From an uncultured Gemmatimonadales bacterium (GTDB taxonomy: Bacteria; Gemmatimonadota; Gemmatimonadetes; Longimicrobiales; RSA9), in assembly GCA_963783305.1 (NCBI GenBank), contig CAWAMW010000002.1, positions 608,001 through 672,000 of the forward strand: a stretch of DNA of 64,000 bases. The letters are read 5' to 3'. The notes beneath the pieces were generated by a model. The model saw only the letters and a list, made by a program, of their open reading frames with translations, was not told the DNA's origin and searched no databases. Each line of letters begins with the position of its first letter. Within the stretch, counting starts at the first letter, position 1. The translations under genes and the position numbers were made by a program. Positions 18,324-27,287 of the stretch are shown here, piece by piece.

Positions 18324-19590
18324 GTCGCTCCGCGAGTATACTCGCGATCCGTTCCAGGGCTTCTTCCAGGGTCGGGCCACCGACCCGCTGGTGGAGCCGG
18401 GGTCGCTGCTCGACACGGACGGCGTGCGCCAGTGGTTCACGCTCTTCGAGCGCGGCCTCCCCCACTCCCTCTACACCTACCAGCTCCCGCTCGGGCGCGC
18501 CCCCGGCCCGGAGTCCGCCGCGTTCGACGACCCGTTCGTCATGTTCTCGTCGTACAGCTACCTGGGCCTCATCGACGACCCGCGGATCGCCGAGCCGGTC
18601 AAGGAAGCGGTCGACCGCTACGGCACGTCCACGGGCGGGGTTCGACTCCTCACCGGCACCCTGGAGCTGCACCACGAGCTGGAGCGCGAGCTCGCCGATT
18701 TCCTCGGGACCGAGGCCGCGGCCGTCTTCAGCTCCGGCTATGACGCCAACGTCGGCGTCATCACATCGCTCTTCGGCGCCGACGACTGGGCGATCCTCGA
18801 CCAGTACGCGCACCGCAGCATCCAGGACGGCTGCCGCATGGCCGGGTGCGGGATCCGGCCGTTCCGGCACAATGACATGGAGGACCTGGAACGTCGGCTC
18901 CGACAGGCGCGGAACCGGGGCGTGAAGCGGGTCCTGGTGGCGGTGGACGGCGTCTTCAGCATGGACGGCGACCAGGCCCCGCTCAAGGACATCATCGCTC
19001 TGAAGGAGGAGTACGGCGCCTTTCTCCTCGTGGACGAGGCCCACGCGCTGGGAGCCATCGGCGAGACCGGTCGGGGGACCTGCGAGGCACAGGACGTCGA
19101 CCCGTCCAGCATTGACATCCTGACCGGCTCGCTGTCGAAGGGGATCCCCTCCTCCGGCGGGTTCGTGGCCGGGTCCATGCCCCTCAAGATCTACGTCCAG
19201 CACGGCTCCGCGCCCTACATGTTCAGCGCCGCGCTGACACCAGCGAACGCGGCCGCCGCACTGGCGGGGATACGGACGCTGCGGTCGGAGCCGCTCCTGA
19301 TGGAACGGCTCCGGGTGAACACCGAGCGGCTCCAGAGGGGGGTGGCGGAGCGCGGCCTCGGCACCGGCGCCAGCACCTCGCCCGTGGTCCCACTCATCCT
19401 GGGCGACGAGTGGCGCGCCTATACCTGGGCCCGTGGCATGCTCGAAGACGGCGTGTTCGTATCGGCCGTGGTCTTCCCCGCCGTCACCCGTGGAATGGCG
19501 CGGCTCCGGCTCTGCGCCACGTCCGCTCACGAGGAGCGCCACTTCGAGCGTCTCTTCGAGGCGATCGACAACCGGCTGGCGGAGGAGTAG
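18313..19590 (+). CDS. PLP-dependent alpha-oxoamine synthase (BioF/Kbl/serine palmitoyltransferase family)
   Basis: SSYSYLGL, FRHND, DGVFSMDGD, VDEAHALG, GSLSKG, ARLRLC. Confidence 0.9.
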   Translation: MSAESLREYTRDPFQGFFQGRATDPLVEPGSLLDTDGVRQWFTLFERGLPHSLYTYQLPLGRAPGPESAAFDDPFVMFSSYSYLGLIDDPRIAEPVKEAVDRYGTSTGGVRLLTGTLELHHELERELADFLGTEAAAVFSSGYDANVGVITSLFGADDWAILDQYAHRSIQDGCRMAGCGIRPFRHNDMEDLERRLRQARNRGVKRVLVAVDGVFSMDGDQAPLKDIIALKEEYGAFLLVDEAHALGAIGETGRGTCEAQDVDPSSIDILTGSLSKGIPSSGGFVAGSMPLKIYVQHGSAPYMFSAALTPANAAAALAGIRTLRSEPLLMERLRVNTERLQRGVAERGLGTGASTSPVVPLILGDEWRAYTWARGMLEDGVFVSAVVFPAVTRGMARLRLCATSAHEERHFERLFEAIDNRLAEE

Positions 19591-19657
19591 GAGTAGGAGT
19601 AGGAGTCCTACTCCTGCCTCCTGCCTCCTGCCTCCTGCCTCCTGCCTCCTGCCTCCT
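19584..19657. repeat. Microsatellite: (GGAGTA)x~4, inverted CCTACTCCT, then (GCCTCCT)x6 between convergent genes
   Basis: Read directly; overlaps both stop codons. Confidence 0.92.
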
Positions 19658-21161
19658 ACCTTCCCAGCACGGCCAGCAGCGCCCGCGCCTTCGCCAGCGT
19701 CTCCTCGTACTCCCGCCCCGGGTCCGAGTCCGCCACGATGCCGGCGCCCGCCTGCACGTGGGCCCGGCCGTGGGCCGCCACCAGCGTGCGAATCGCGATG
19801 GCGGCATCCATGCTCTTTGCGCCGTACGCGAAGTAGCCCACTGCGCCCGCGTACGGGCCGCGCCGCTCGGGCTCCAGCTCGTCGATGATCTCCATGGCCC
19901 GCACCTTCGGCGCGCCCGACACGGTACCCGCCGGGAACGAGGCGCGGAACGCGTCGAAGGCGTCCAGCCCTTCGCGCAGCCGACCCGTGACCTGGCTCAC
20001 CATGTGGAGGACGTGGCTGTAGCGCTCGATCCCCATGAGCTCGGGCACGGCCACGGTGCCGTAGCGCGCCACGCGCCCTACGTCGTTGCGGCCCAGGTCC
20101 ACGAGCATCAGGTGCTCCGCCCGCTCCTTCGGGTCCGCCAGGAGCTCCTCCTCGAGCCGCCGGTCCTCCGCCTCCGTCGCGCCCCGGGGTCGGGTGCCCG
20201 CGATCGGCCGGACCGTCACCTCATCGTCCTCCACCCGCACCAGCACCTCCGGCGACGCGCCCACCACCGAGACCCCGTCGAGCTCCAGGAAGTACATGTA
20301 CGGCGACGGGTTCAGCGATCGCAGCGCGCGGTAGACCTCGAACGGCGACCGCCGCAGCTCCACGTCCAGCCGCTGGCTCAGGACCACCTGGAAGGCGTCG
20401 CCCGCGCCAATGTACTCCTGCACCCGCCGCACCGCGTCCTCGAACGGCTCGCGGCCGAAGCTGCTGCGGAACGACGCCAGCTCCCGCGACCCCGGGGCGA
20501 CCGCGTCGCGCGGCTCACGCACCGGCGGCGGCGGGAGCGCGGAGTCGAGCCGGTCCACGAGCGCGTCGATCCGGGCGATCCCCTCGGCGTAGGCGCGGCG
20601 CAGTGCGGGGACGTCTCCCGCGGCCCCCGCCACGTCGACAGTGGCGATGACCTGCGCGCGGTCGTACACATTGTCGATGGCCACCACCAGGTCGGTGAAG
20701 GCGAGCACCGCCTCGGGCAGCCCCAGGGTGTCGGGCGGCGCGTGGGGCAGCGTCTCGATGTGGCGCACCACGTCGTATCCCAGGTACCCTACGGCGCCAC
20801 CGAAGAAGCGCGGGATCCCTTCGGCCACGACGGGAGAGCTGGATCGAAGGCGTCGGGCGAGATCCTCCAGGGGGTCGTCGACCGCGACCGGGTCGTCCCA
20901 TCCGCGCGCGGGCGTCCAGCACTGGACGCGGCCATCGCCGAGGGCGCGCCAGGCTTCCCGGGGGCTGGACCCCAGGAAGGTCCAGCGGGCCCAGCGCTCG
21001 CCGCCGGTGACGGACTCGAGCAGGAAGCCGAACGGCGGCTCGAAGAGCTTGCCGTAGGCGGTGACGGCGGTCTCGGTGTCGAACGGGATCTCGCGCGAGA
21101 TCGCGATGAGGTCACCGCCGTCGGCCAGCGCCGCGAACGTATCGAAGTCGGGTCGGATCAT
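19656..21161 (-). CDS. trpE: Anthranilate synthase component I
   Basis: FLLES, GDAFQVVLSQR, NPSPYMY, PIAGT, KERAEHLMLVDLGRND, GTVSGAPK, QAGAGIVADS. Confidence 0.95.
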   Translation of the reverse strand: MIRPDFDTFAALADGGDLIAISREIPFDTETAVTAYGKLFEPPFGFLLESVTGGERWARWTFLGSSPREAWRALGDGRVQCWTPARGWDDPVAVDDPLEDLARRLRSSSPVVAEGIPRFFGGAVGYLGYDVVRHIETLPHAPPDTLGLPEAVLAFTDLVVAIDNVYDRAQVIATVDVAGAAGDVPALRRAYAEGIARIDALVDRLDSALPPPPVREPRDAVAPGSRELASFRSSFGREPFEDAVRRVQEYIGAGDAFQVVLSQRLDVELRRSPFEVYRALRSLNPSPYMYFLELDGVSVVGASPEVLVRVEDDEVTVRPIAGTRPRGATEAEDRRLEEELLADPKERAEHLMLVDLGRNDVGRVARYGTVAVPELMGIERYSHVLHMVSQVTGRLREGLDAFDAFRASFPAGTVSGAPKVRAMEIIDELEPERRGPYAGAVGYFAYGAKSMDAAIAIRTLVAAHGRAHVQAGAGIVADSDPGREYEETLAKARALLAVLGR

Positions 21162-21171
21162 GGAGCCGCGA

Positions 21172-23238
21172 ATGTCACGACAGGGCAGCGAGGTGTCAAT
21201 CATCGCCGTGGACACCGGCGGGACGTTCACCGACGTGGTCGCGCTCCGCGGCGGTCGGCTGACCGTGCTGAAGGTGCCGTCCACCCCGGACGACCCCGCG
21301 CGCGCGGTTCTCGCCGGCGTGCGGCAGATGCTCGGCGACGCGGAGGACGCCGCCGCCCTGTCGTTCACGCTGGTCCACGGCTCCACGGTGGCGACCAATA
21401 CGCTCCTGGAGGGGACGGGCGCGCGCGTGGCGCTGGTGACCAACCGCGGCTTTGAGGACGTGATCGAGATCGGGCGCCAGAACCGACCACAGCTCTACGC
21501 CCTGGTCGGCCACCGGCCACCGCCGCTCGTGGCCCGCGACGACCGCCATGGCGTATCGGGACGGCTTGGGCCGGACGGCCTCGAGGAAGAGCCGCTGGAT
21601 GACGAGGAGCTGCGCGACCTGCCCGGGCGCCTCGCGGGCGCCGAGTCCATCGCCATCTGCCTGCTCCACAGCTACGCCGATGCCCGGCACGAGGAGCGGA
21701 TCGCGGAATCGCTGGCCGCGCTCGACCTGCCGCTCTCCGTGTCCTCACGGCTGCTGCCGGAGTACCGGGAGTACGAGCGCACGGCCACGACCGTGGTGAA
21801 CGCCTACGTGGCGCCGCGCATGGACCGCTACCTGGGCCGGCTGGCGCAGGAGAGCGGTGCGGATCGGGTGCGGATCATGGGCTCCGGCGGCGGCTCGATC
21901 CCGGTGGAGCGGGCGCGGCGCGAGGCCGTCCATACCGTGCTGAGCGGGCCGGCCGGCGGCGTGGCCGGCGCCCTCAGCGTAGCCGCCGACGCGGGCATGA
22001 ACGACATCATCACGTTCGACATGGGGGGGACCTCTACCGACGTCTCCCTGTGCCCGGGCGCGCCCATGCACACCCGGGAGCTGAGCATTGCCGGCGTGCC
22101 TGTGGCGATCCCCGTCATCGACATCCACACCGTCGGCGCCGGCGGCGGGTCCATCGCCGGTGTGGACGCCGGCGGCGCGCTGCGGGTCGGGCCCCGCAGC
22201 GCCGGCGCGGACCCCGGTCCCATCTGCTACGGCCGCGGCGGCCGCCGTGTCACCGTGACGGACGCCCACGTCTGGCTCGGACGCCTTCCCCCCGACGCGT
22301 TCCTCGGCGGCGACCTCGCGCTGGAGCGGTCGGAGATCGAGGCGCCCCTCGCCGCGCTCGCCAGCGCCCTCGGCGGCTCGCTCGAGGACGCGGCGGAAGG
22401 GATCCTCGAGGTCGCGAACACGGCAATGGAGGGCGCGCTCCGCGTCATCAGCGTGGAGCGCGGGTACGACCCCGCCGACTTCGCCCTCGTCCCGTTCGGC
22501 GGCGCCGCGGGGCTCCACGCCATCGAGCTCGCCGAGCGGCTGGGGATCGGTCGCCTCCTGGTGCCGCCCGATCCCGGCGTCCTGTCGGCCTTCGGGATGC
22601 TCGTATCGCCCGTGCGGAAGGACCTGTCCCGCACGCTCCTGGCGGACGCGGACGCGGCGGACCGCATCGATGACGCGTTCGGCGAGCTGGAGCGCGAAGC
22701 CCGATCCGCGATGGAGGCGGAAGGCGTGCGGCAGGATGAGGTCACAGTCCGGCGCCTGGCGGACGTCCGCTACGTCGGCCAGAGCTTCGAGCTCCGCGTG
22801 CCCGCGGAGGACTGGACGAACGCCTTCCACGACGCCCACGACGCGCGCTACGGCTTCAGCCGCCGCGCCGATCGCGTCGAGCTGGTGACTGCCCGGGTGG
22901 AGGCCGTGGGCCCCTCCACGCGGACCCCACCCCGCTCCCGGCCGACGCCCGCCGGCGAGGCCGATGGCTCACTTCGACGGGTGCCGGTGTACCACCGCGG
23001 GCAGACCGTAGAGGCCGCCCTCGCGCCGCGGTCGTCGCTCGCACCGGGCGACCGGCTCGTGGGACCCGCGGTCGTGCACGAGTACAGCGCGACCTTGTGG
23101 CTGCCGGACGGCTGGATCGCGACCGCGCTCGACGCAGGCGGGCTCATGCTCGTGGCGCAGGAGGTGCAGCGAGGGCAGCCCGGCGCGGATCAGAGACGAT
23201 CCCCGCCAACGATTACTCCAATGGAGGACTCCACATGA
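21172..23238 (+). CDS. Hydantoinase/oxoprolinase subunit A (N-methylhydantoinase A-like)
   Basis: DTGGTFTD, HGSTVATN, SGPAGG, DMGGTSTD, GAGGGS, SAGADPGP. Confidence 0.93.
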   Translation: MSRQGSEVSIIAVDTGGTFTDVVALRGGRLTVLKVPSTPDDPARAVLAGVRQMLGDAEDAAALSFTLVHGSTVATNTLLEGTGARVALVTNRGFEDVIEIGRQNRPQLYALVGHRPPPLVARDDRHGVSGRLGPDGLEEEPLDDEELRDLPGRLAGAESIAICLLHSYADARHEERIAESLAALDLPLSVSSRLLPEYREYERTATTVVNAYVAPRMDRYLGRLAQESGADRVRIMGSGGGSIPVERARREAVHTVLSGPAGGVAGALSVAADAGMNDIITFDMGGTSTDVSLCPGAPMHTRELSIAGVPVAIPVIDIHTVGAGGGSIAGVDAGGALRVGPRSAGADPGPICYGRGGRRVTVTDAHVWLGRLPPDAFLGGDLALERSEIEAPLAALASALGGSLEDAAEGILEVANTAMEGALRVISVERGYDPADFALVPFGGAAGLHAIELAERLGIGRLLVPPDPGVLSAFGMLVSPVRKDLSRTLLADADAADRIDDAFGELEREARSAMEAEGVRQDEVTVRRLADVRYVGQSFELRVPAEDWTNAFHDAHDARYGFSRRADRVELVTARVEAVGPSTRTPPRSRPTPAGEADGSLRRVPVYHRGQTVEAALAPRSSLAPGDRLVGPAVVHEYSATLWLPDGWIATALDAGGLMLVAQEVQRGQPGADQRRSPPTITPMEDST

Positions 23239-23882
23239 AGATTGTTCTTTCGTCCGCGATCATCGCGGCCACGCTCTTCGGCATGGCCGCCCCCGCAGCC
23301 GCGCAGGCGCCGGGCATCGACTTCAGGCTCAATCCGCGTATCGGCCTCTATGAGCCTCTCTCCAACCTCGGCGACGCACCCGACGCGGTGTCCACCGCCG
23401 CCAGCGAGCTGGGGGGCAGCCTGGCGCTCGGGCTCGGGGTCGAGATCGGCGTCGCCGCGCTCCCCGTGGGGCTCCGCCTCAACCTCGACTACGCCACCGG
23501 CTCCGAGGTGAAGTACGATAACGGCTTCGAGACGGAATCCGGGTACGAGACCACCGTCCTGGCGCTCGCGGCCGACCTCATGTTCCGCCCGATCCCGAAG
23601 CTCATCATTGCTCAGCCCTACTTCTTCGCCGGCGGCGGGCTCAAGCAGTACGACTTCGAGCCCACGAGCACCGACCCCGTCGGCACGTTCGAGGACACGA
23701 GCGACTTCACCGCGCATCTCGGCGGCGGTCTGGACGTGGGCTTCGGTCCTCTCTCCCTGAACGCCGAGGTCGGCGACTACATCAGCTGGTGGGAGAGCCA
23801 GAACCCGCTGGACGTGGATGCCGACTCGGAGATCCAGCACGATCTGTTCGTGACCATCGGCTTCGTAATCGGCCTCCTCTGA
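23235..23882 (+). CDS. Putative outer-membrane beta-barrel protein
   Basis: Signal peptide ending AAAQ; alternating beta strands, PYFFAGGG; GGAGGA SD. Confidence 0.7.
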   Translation: MKIVLSSAIIAATLFGMAAPAAAQAPGIDFRLNPRIGLYEPLSNLGDAPDAVSTAASELGGSLALGLGVEIGVAALPVGLRLNLDYATGSEVKYDNGFETESGYETTVLALAADLMFRPIPKLIIAQPYFFAGGGLKQYDFEPTSTDPVGTFEDTSDFTAHLGGGLDVGFGPLSLNAEVGDYISWWESQNPLDVDADSEIQHDLFVTIGFVIGLL

Positions 23883-24015
23883 GCGGATCGGATCGGTGCG
23901 GCCGGGAACGCCCCGGCCGCACCTCCCCCGCAGCCGCGCTTGAACCCCACCACACCGGCGCGTTAGCTTTCCGCCCTGTTCCGTAGCACCCGACCCTCTG
24001 AAGTCTGGCATCCGG

Positions 24016-26391
24016 ATGACCGATACAGTGACGACGCAGGGCGCGTCGGCCCGCGCTCCCATGGAGAGCGGCTATCACCCGCCCTACCTCGCCGCGGCCA
24101 TCGCGGCCGCCCTGGTCTGGCTCCTCTACGCCATCACGCTCGCCCCCGCCACCGCGTTCTGGGACACGAGCGAGTACATCGCCACCGCCCACATCATGGG
24201 CGTGCCCCACCCGCCCGGGAACCCGACCTTCGTAGTCCTCGCCCGCGCCTGGGAGCTGCTCCTGGCACCGTTCGGTCTCTCCGTGGCCGTGCGCATCAAC
24301 CTGTTCAGCGCCACCATGGGCGCCCTCGCCCACGGCTGCTGGTTCCTCGTCGCGCACCGGGTCCTCGCCTGGTTCACCACCGACCGCACCCAGCGGATGA
24401 TCGGCGCTTCCCTCTCGGTCATGGTCAGCGCCACCGCCTTCACCGTCTGGAGCCAGTCGAACGTCAACGAGAAGGTCTATACCGTCTCCCTCTTCACCAT
24501 CGCGCTGCTCAGCTGGCTCGCGTTCCTGTGGCGGGACAACATCGGGAAAGGGAAGGATGACAACCTCATCCTCCTCATGGTTTTCATCCTGGCGCTGAGC
24601 GTCGGCAACCACCTCATGGCGTTCCTGGCCGCCCCGGCCATCCTCGTCTTCATACTCGTGGTGGAGTCGAAGACGCTCATGAACTGGAAACTCTACCTGT
24701 TCGCGGCGGCCGTGGCGGTGCTCGGGCTCTCCATCCACCTGTTTCTCCCACTCCGCGCCGCTCTCGACCCGGTCATCAACGAGGCCGACCCCAGCACGCT
24801 CACGGCGCTGTGGGAGTCGCTCGCCCGCAAGCAGTACGACAAGCCGGGGATCATGTCCGACCCCACCGATCCATCGCTGCCGCGCACGCTCGGCCTCGTG
24901 GTGTCGCAGATCGGCAACTACTTGCAGTACTTCGACTGGCAGTGGGGCCGAACGCTGAACGCCACGCAGTCGCTCTTCGGCGGCATGGGCGCGTCCGGCG
25001 CCGGGTTCCCGATCCGGCCGGTCCTCACGCTCGTCTTCGGGTCGCTGGGCGTTTACGGCGCGTACGAGCACTACCACCGCGACCGCACGAGCTGGTGGTA
25101 CATGGCGATCCTCTTCGCCACCGTCTCCATCGGTCTGGTGGGCTATCTCAACTTCCGCTACGGCTACACGTTCCCCCAGCCGGGCGGCGGGTACGACATG
25201 GAGCTCCACGAGGTCCGCGAGCGCGACTATTTCTTCATCGTAAGCTTCAGCATGTGGGGCCTGTGGGCGGGAATGGGGATCTTCACGCTCTGGCAGCGGC
25301 TGGCCGCGAACATGGCGTCGTCTCCGACCCCGGCCACTTCGAGTCGAAGCTACGCGCTGGCGTCTCCGATCCTGCTCCTGGCCCTCCTCCCCCTCGCGCT
25401 CAACTGGCAGCGCGCGGACCGCTCCAGCGACTACGCGGCGCGCGACTGGGCGTACAACCTGCTCATGAGCACGGAGCCGTACGCCGTCCTCTTCACCAAC
25501 GGCGACAACGACACCTTCCCGCTCTGGTACCTGCAGGAGGTGGAGGGCATCCGCAGGGACGTGACGGTCATCGTCATGAGCTACCTGAACACGCCCTGGT
25601 ACGTGAAGCAGATCCAGCAGCTGACGGCACCGTGCGAGCCGGGCCAGGACCCGCTGGAGGATCCCACACGCATCACCTGCCAGCGGCCCTTCCAGCCGGA
25701 GATGCGGGCGGAGCTGTACGCCGCGCCCCCGTCCCTGCCCGACCAGGGCGGTGTCCCCGTGGAAGGTGTCGCCCCCGACTCCGGCTGGGGTACGCCCGAG
25801 CGCTCCATCCTGGGAATGTCGCAGGCGCGCATCGACTCCATTCCGCAGATCTACGCGGCGAACCCCTACAACTTCCTCATCGAGGAGCCGATGAGCATGG
25901 AGGTGGGAGAGCTGGAGTTCACGCTCCCCGGAAACCGGATCCTGCTCCCGGCCGACGTGTTCCTGTTGAACATCGTGCAGAACGCGCTGGGTGATCGACC
26001 CATCTACTTCGCCACCACGACGCAGGCGTACGACCGAATCGGACTCGGCGACAAGGTCCTCCGGCAGGGCATCGCGCTCCGCCTCATGGAGCGCCCCATC
26101 CAGGTCGACTCCGCCCGCGGCATCTTCCAGCTACCGGAGAGCATCGGCATCCCGGGACGCTATATCGATCTGCCGCGCACCGACACGCTCCTCTGGGACG
26201 TCTTCGTTCACCGCGGCGGCATCCCCGACGAGTGGGCATTCTGGCCGGAGCCGTCCACCCGGAACATTCCGCTCTACTACCTCTACGCGCACTACGCGTC
26301 GTACGCCGCCCACAGCCTGATGGGCGAGGAAGAGCAGGCGGAGCGGCATCTGGAGCGCGTGGAGGCGTGGAGGGCTCTGGCGGAGCGGTGA
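24016..26391 (+). CDS. DUF2723 membrane protein (TMEM260-like GT-C glycosyltransferase)
   Basis: WDTSEY...GVPHPPGNP, ERDYFF, LFTNGDNDTFPLWYLQEVEG; many TM helices. Confidence 0.88.
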   Translation: MTDTVTTQGASARAPMESGYHPPYLAAAIAAALVWLLYAITLAPATAFWDTSEYIATAHIMGVPHPPGNPTFVVLARAWELLLAPFGLSVAVRINLFSATMGALAHGCWFLVAHRVLAWFTTDRTQRMIGASLSVMVSATAFTVWSQSNVNEKVYTVSLFTIALLSWLAFLWRDNIGKGKDDNLILLMVFILALSVGNHLMAFLAAPAILVFILVVESKTLMNWKLYLFAAAVAVLGLSIHLFLPLRAALDPVINEADPSTLTALWESLARKQYDKPGIMSDPTDPSLPRTLGLVVSQIGNYLQYFDWQWGRTLNATQSLFGGMGASGAGFPIRPVLTLVFGSLGVYGAYEHYHRDRTSWWYMAILFATVSIGLVGYLNFRYGYTFPQPGGGYDMELHEVRERDYFFIVSFSMWGLWAGMGIFTLWQRLAANMASSPTPATSSRSYALASPILLLALLPLALNWQRADRSSDYAARDWAYNLLMSTEPYAVLFTNGDNDTFPLWYLQEVEGIRRDVTVIVMSYLNTPWYVKQIQQLTAPCEPGQDPLEDPTRITCQRPFQPEMRAELYAAPPSLPDQGGVPVEGVAPDSGWGTPERSILGMSQARIDSIPQIYAANPYNFLIEEPMSMEVGELEFTLPGNRILLPADVFLLNIVQNALGDRPIYFATTTQAYDRIGLGDKVLRQGIALRLMERPIQVDSARGIFQLPESIGIPGRYIDLPRTDTLLWDVFVHRGGIPDEWAFWPEPSTRNIPLYYLYAHYASYAAHSLMGEEEQAERHLERVEAWRALAER

Positions 26392-27287
26392 GCCGGCCGC
26401 TCGTCGGCGCGCTCATGGTCATCGGGGCTGCCTCACTCTGGGGCAGCCTCGGCCTTTTCGGACGACTGGCTTTCGCGGACGGCGTCACCCCTCTCCAGGT
26501 CGCTTCCGTGCGGGCGGCCCTGGCCTTCGTGGGCGTGCTCCCCATCGCCGCCCTGCGCTACCGCCAACTCCGGCTCCACCGCGCCCACGTCCCGCTCGTG
26601 ATCGGCTACGGCGCCATTGGTGTGGGTCTCTTCTACTACATCTACCTCGTGGCGGTGGAGCAGCTCCCGCTCGCCGTGGCCGCCGCCCTCCTCTACACGG
26701 CGCCGGCCTTCACCGTGGCCCTCTCCTGGGTGCTGCGCTGGGAGCCGATCCGGCCCGCGCGGCTCCTGCCGCTCGGCCTGGTGCTGGTGGGGGCGTTCCT
26801 CGTCACCGGCGCTTTCCGGAAGCTGGGCATGGCGGAGCTGCCCCCACTGGGAATCGCCGCCGGCGTGGCCAGCGGACTGGTGTACGCGCTCTATACCGTC
26901 CTCGGCAAGCGGATCCGGGCGCACTACGACGTGGTGACCACGATCTTCTACGCCTACGGGATCGGGGCTCTGGTGCTGGCGCTGGTGGAGCCGCCCTGGA
27001 CGGTGCTGGGCGGGCACCCGGAGACGGTCCCGGTCCTGCTCCTCATGGGGCTGGGGCCCACGCTCCTGGCGGCGCTCCTGTTCTACGGCGGGATCCGCTT
27101 CATCGATGCCAGCACGGCAAGCATGCTGGCTACGATCGAGCCGGTGGTGGCCGCCCTCATCGGCTTCGCCTGGCTGAGCGAAGAAATCTCTGGCTCCACC
27201 GTGGCGGGGACGGCGCTGATCCTGGCCGCGGCGGTGCTGCTCCGGCCCCGGCGCTCCCCGACCCCGGTCCCTGCGGTCAGGCGCTGA
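26388..27287 (+). CDS. EamA/DMT family transporter
   Basis: ~10 TM helices, LLYTAP, TIEPVVA. Confidence 0.9.
   Translation: MSRPLVGALMVIGAASLWGSLGLFGRLAFADGVTPLQVASVRAALAFVGVLPIAALRYRQLRLHRAHVPLVIGYGAIGVGLFYYIYLVAVEQLPLAVAAALLYTAPAFTVALSWVLRWEPIRPARLLPLGLVLVGAFLVTGAFRKLGMAELPPLGIAAGVASGLVYALYTVLGKRIRAHYDVVTTIFYAYGIGALVLALVEPPWTVLGGHPETVPVLLLMGLGPTLLAALLFYGGIRFIDASTASMLATIEPVVAALIGFAWLSEEISGSTVAGTALILAAAVLLRPRRSPTPVPAVRR

Noticed and set aside
18313..19590. Assigning bioF or kbl as gene symbol
   Set aside because: Family is clear but substrate cannot be read from sequence; no biotin genes nearby.
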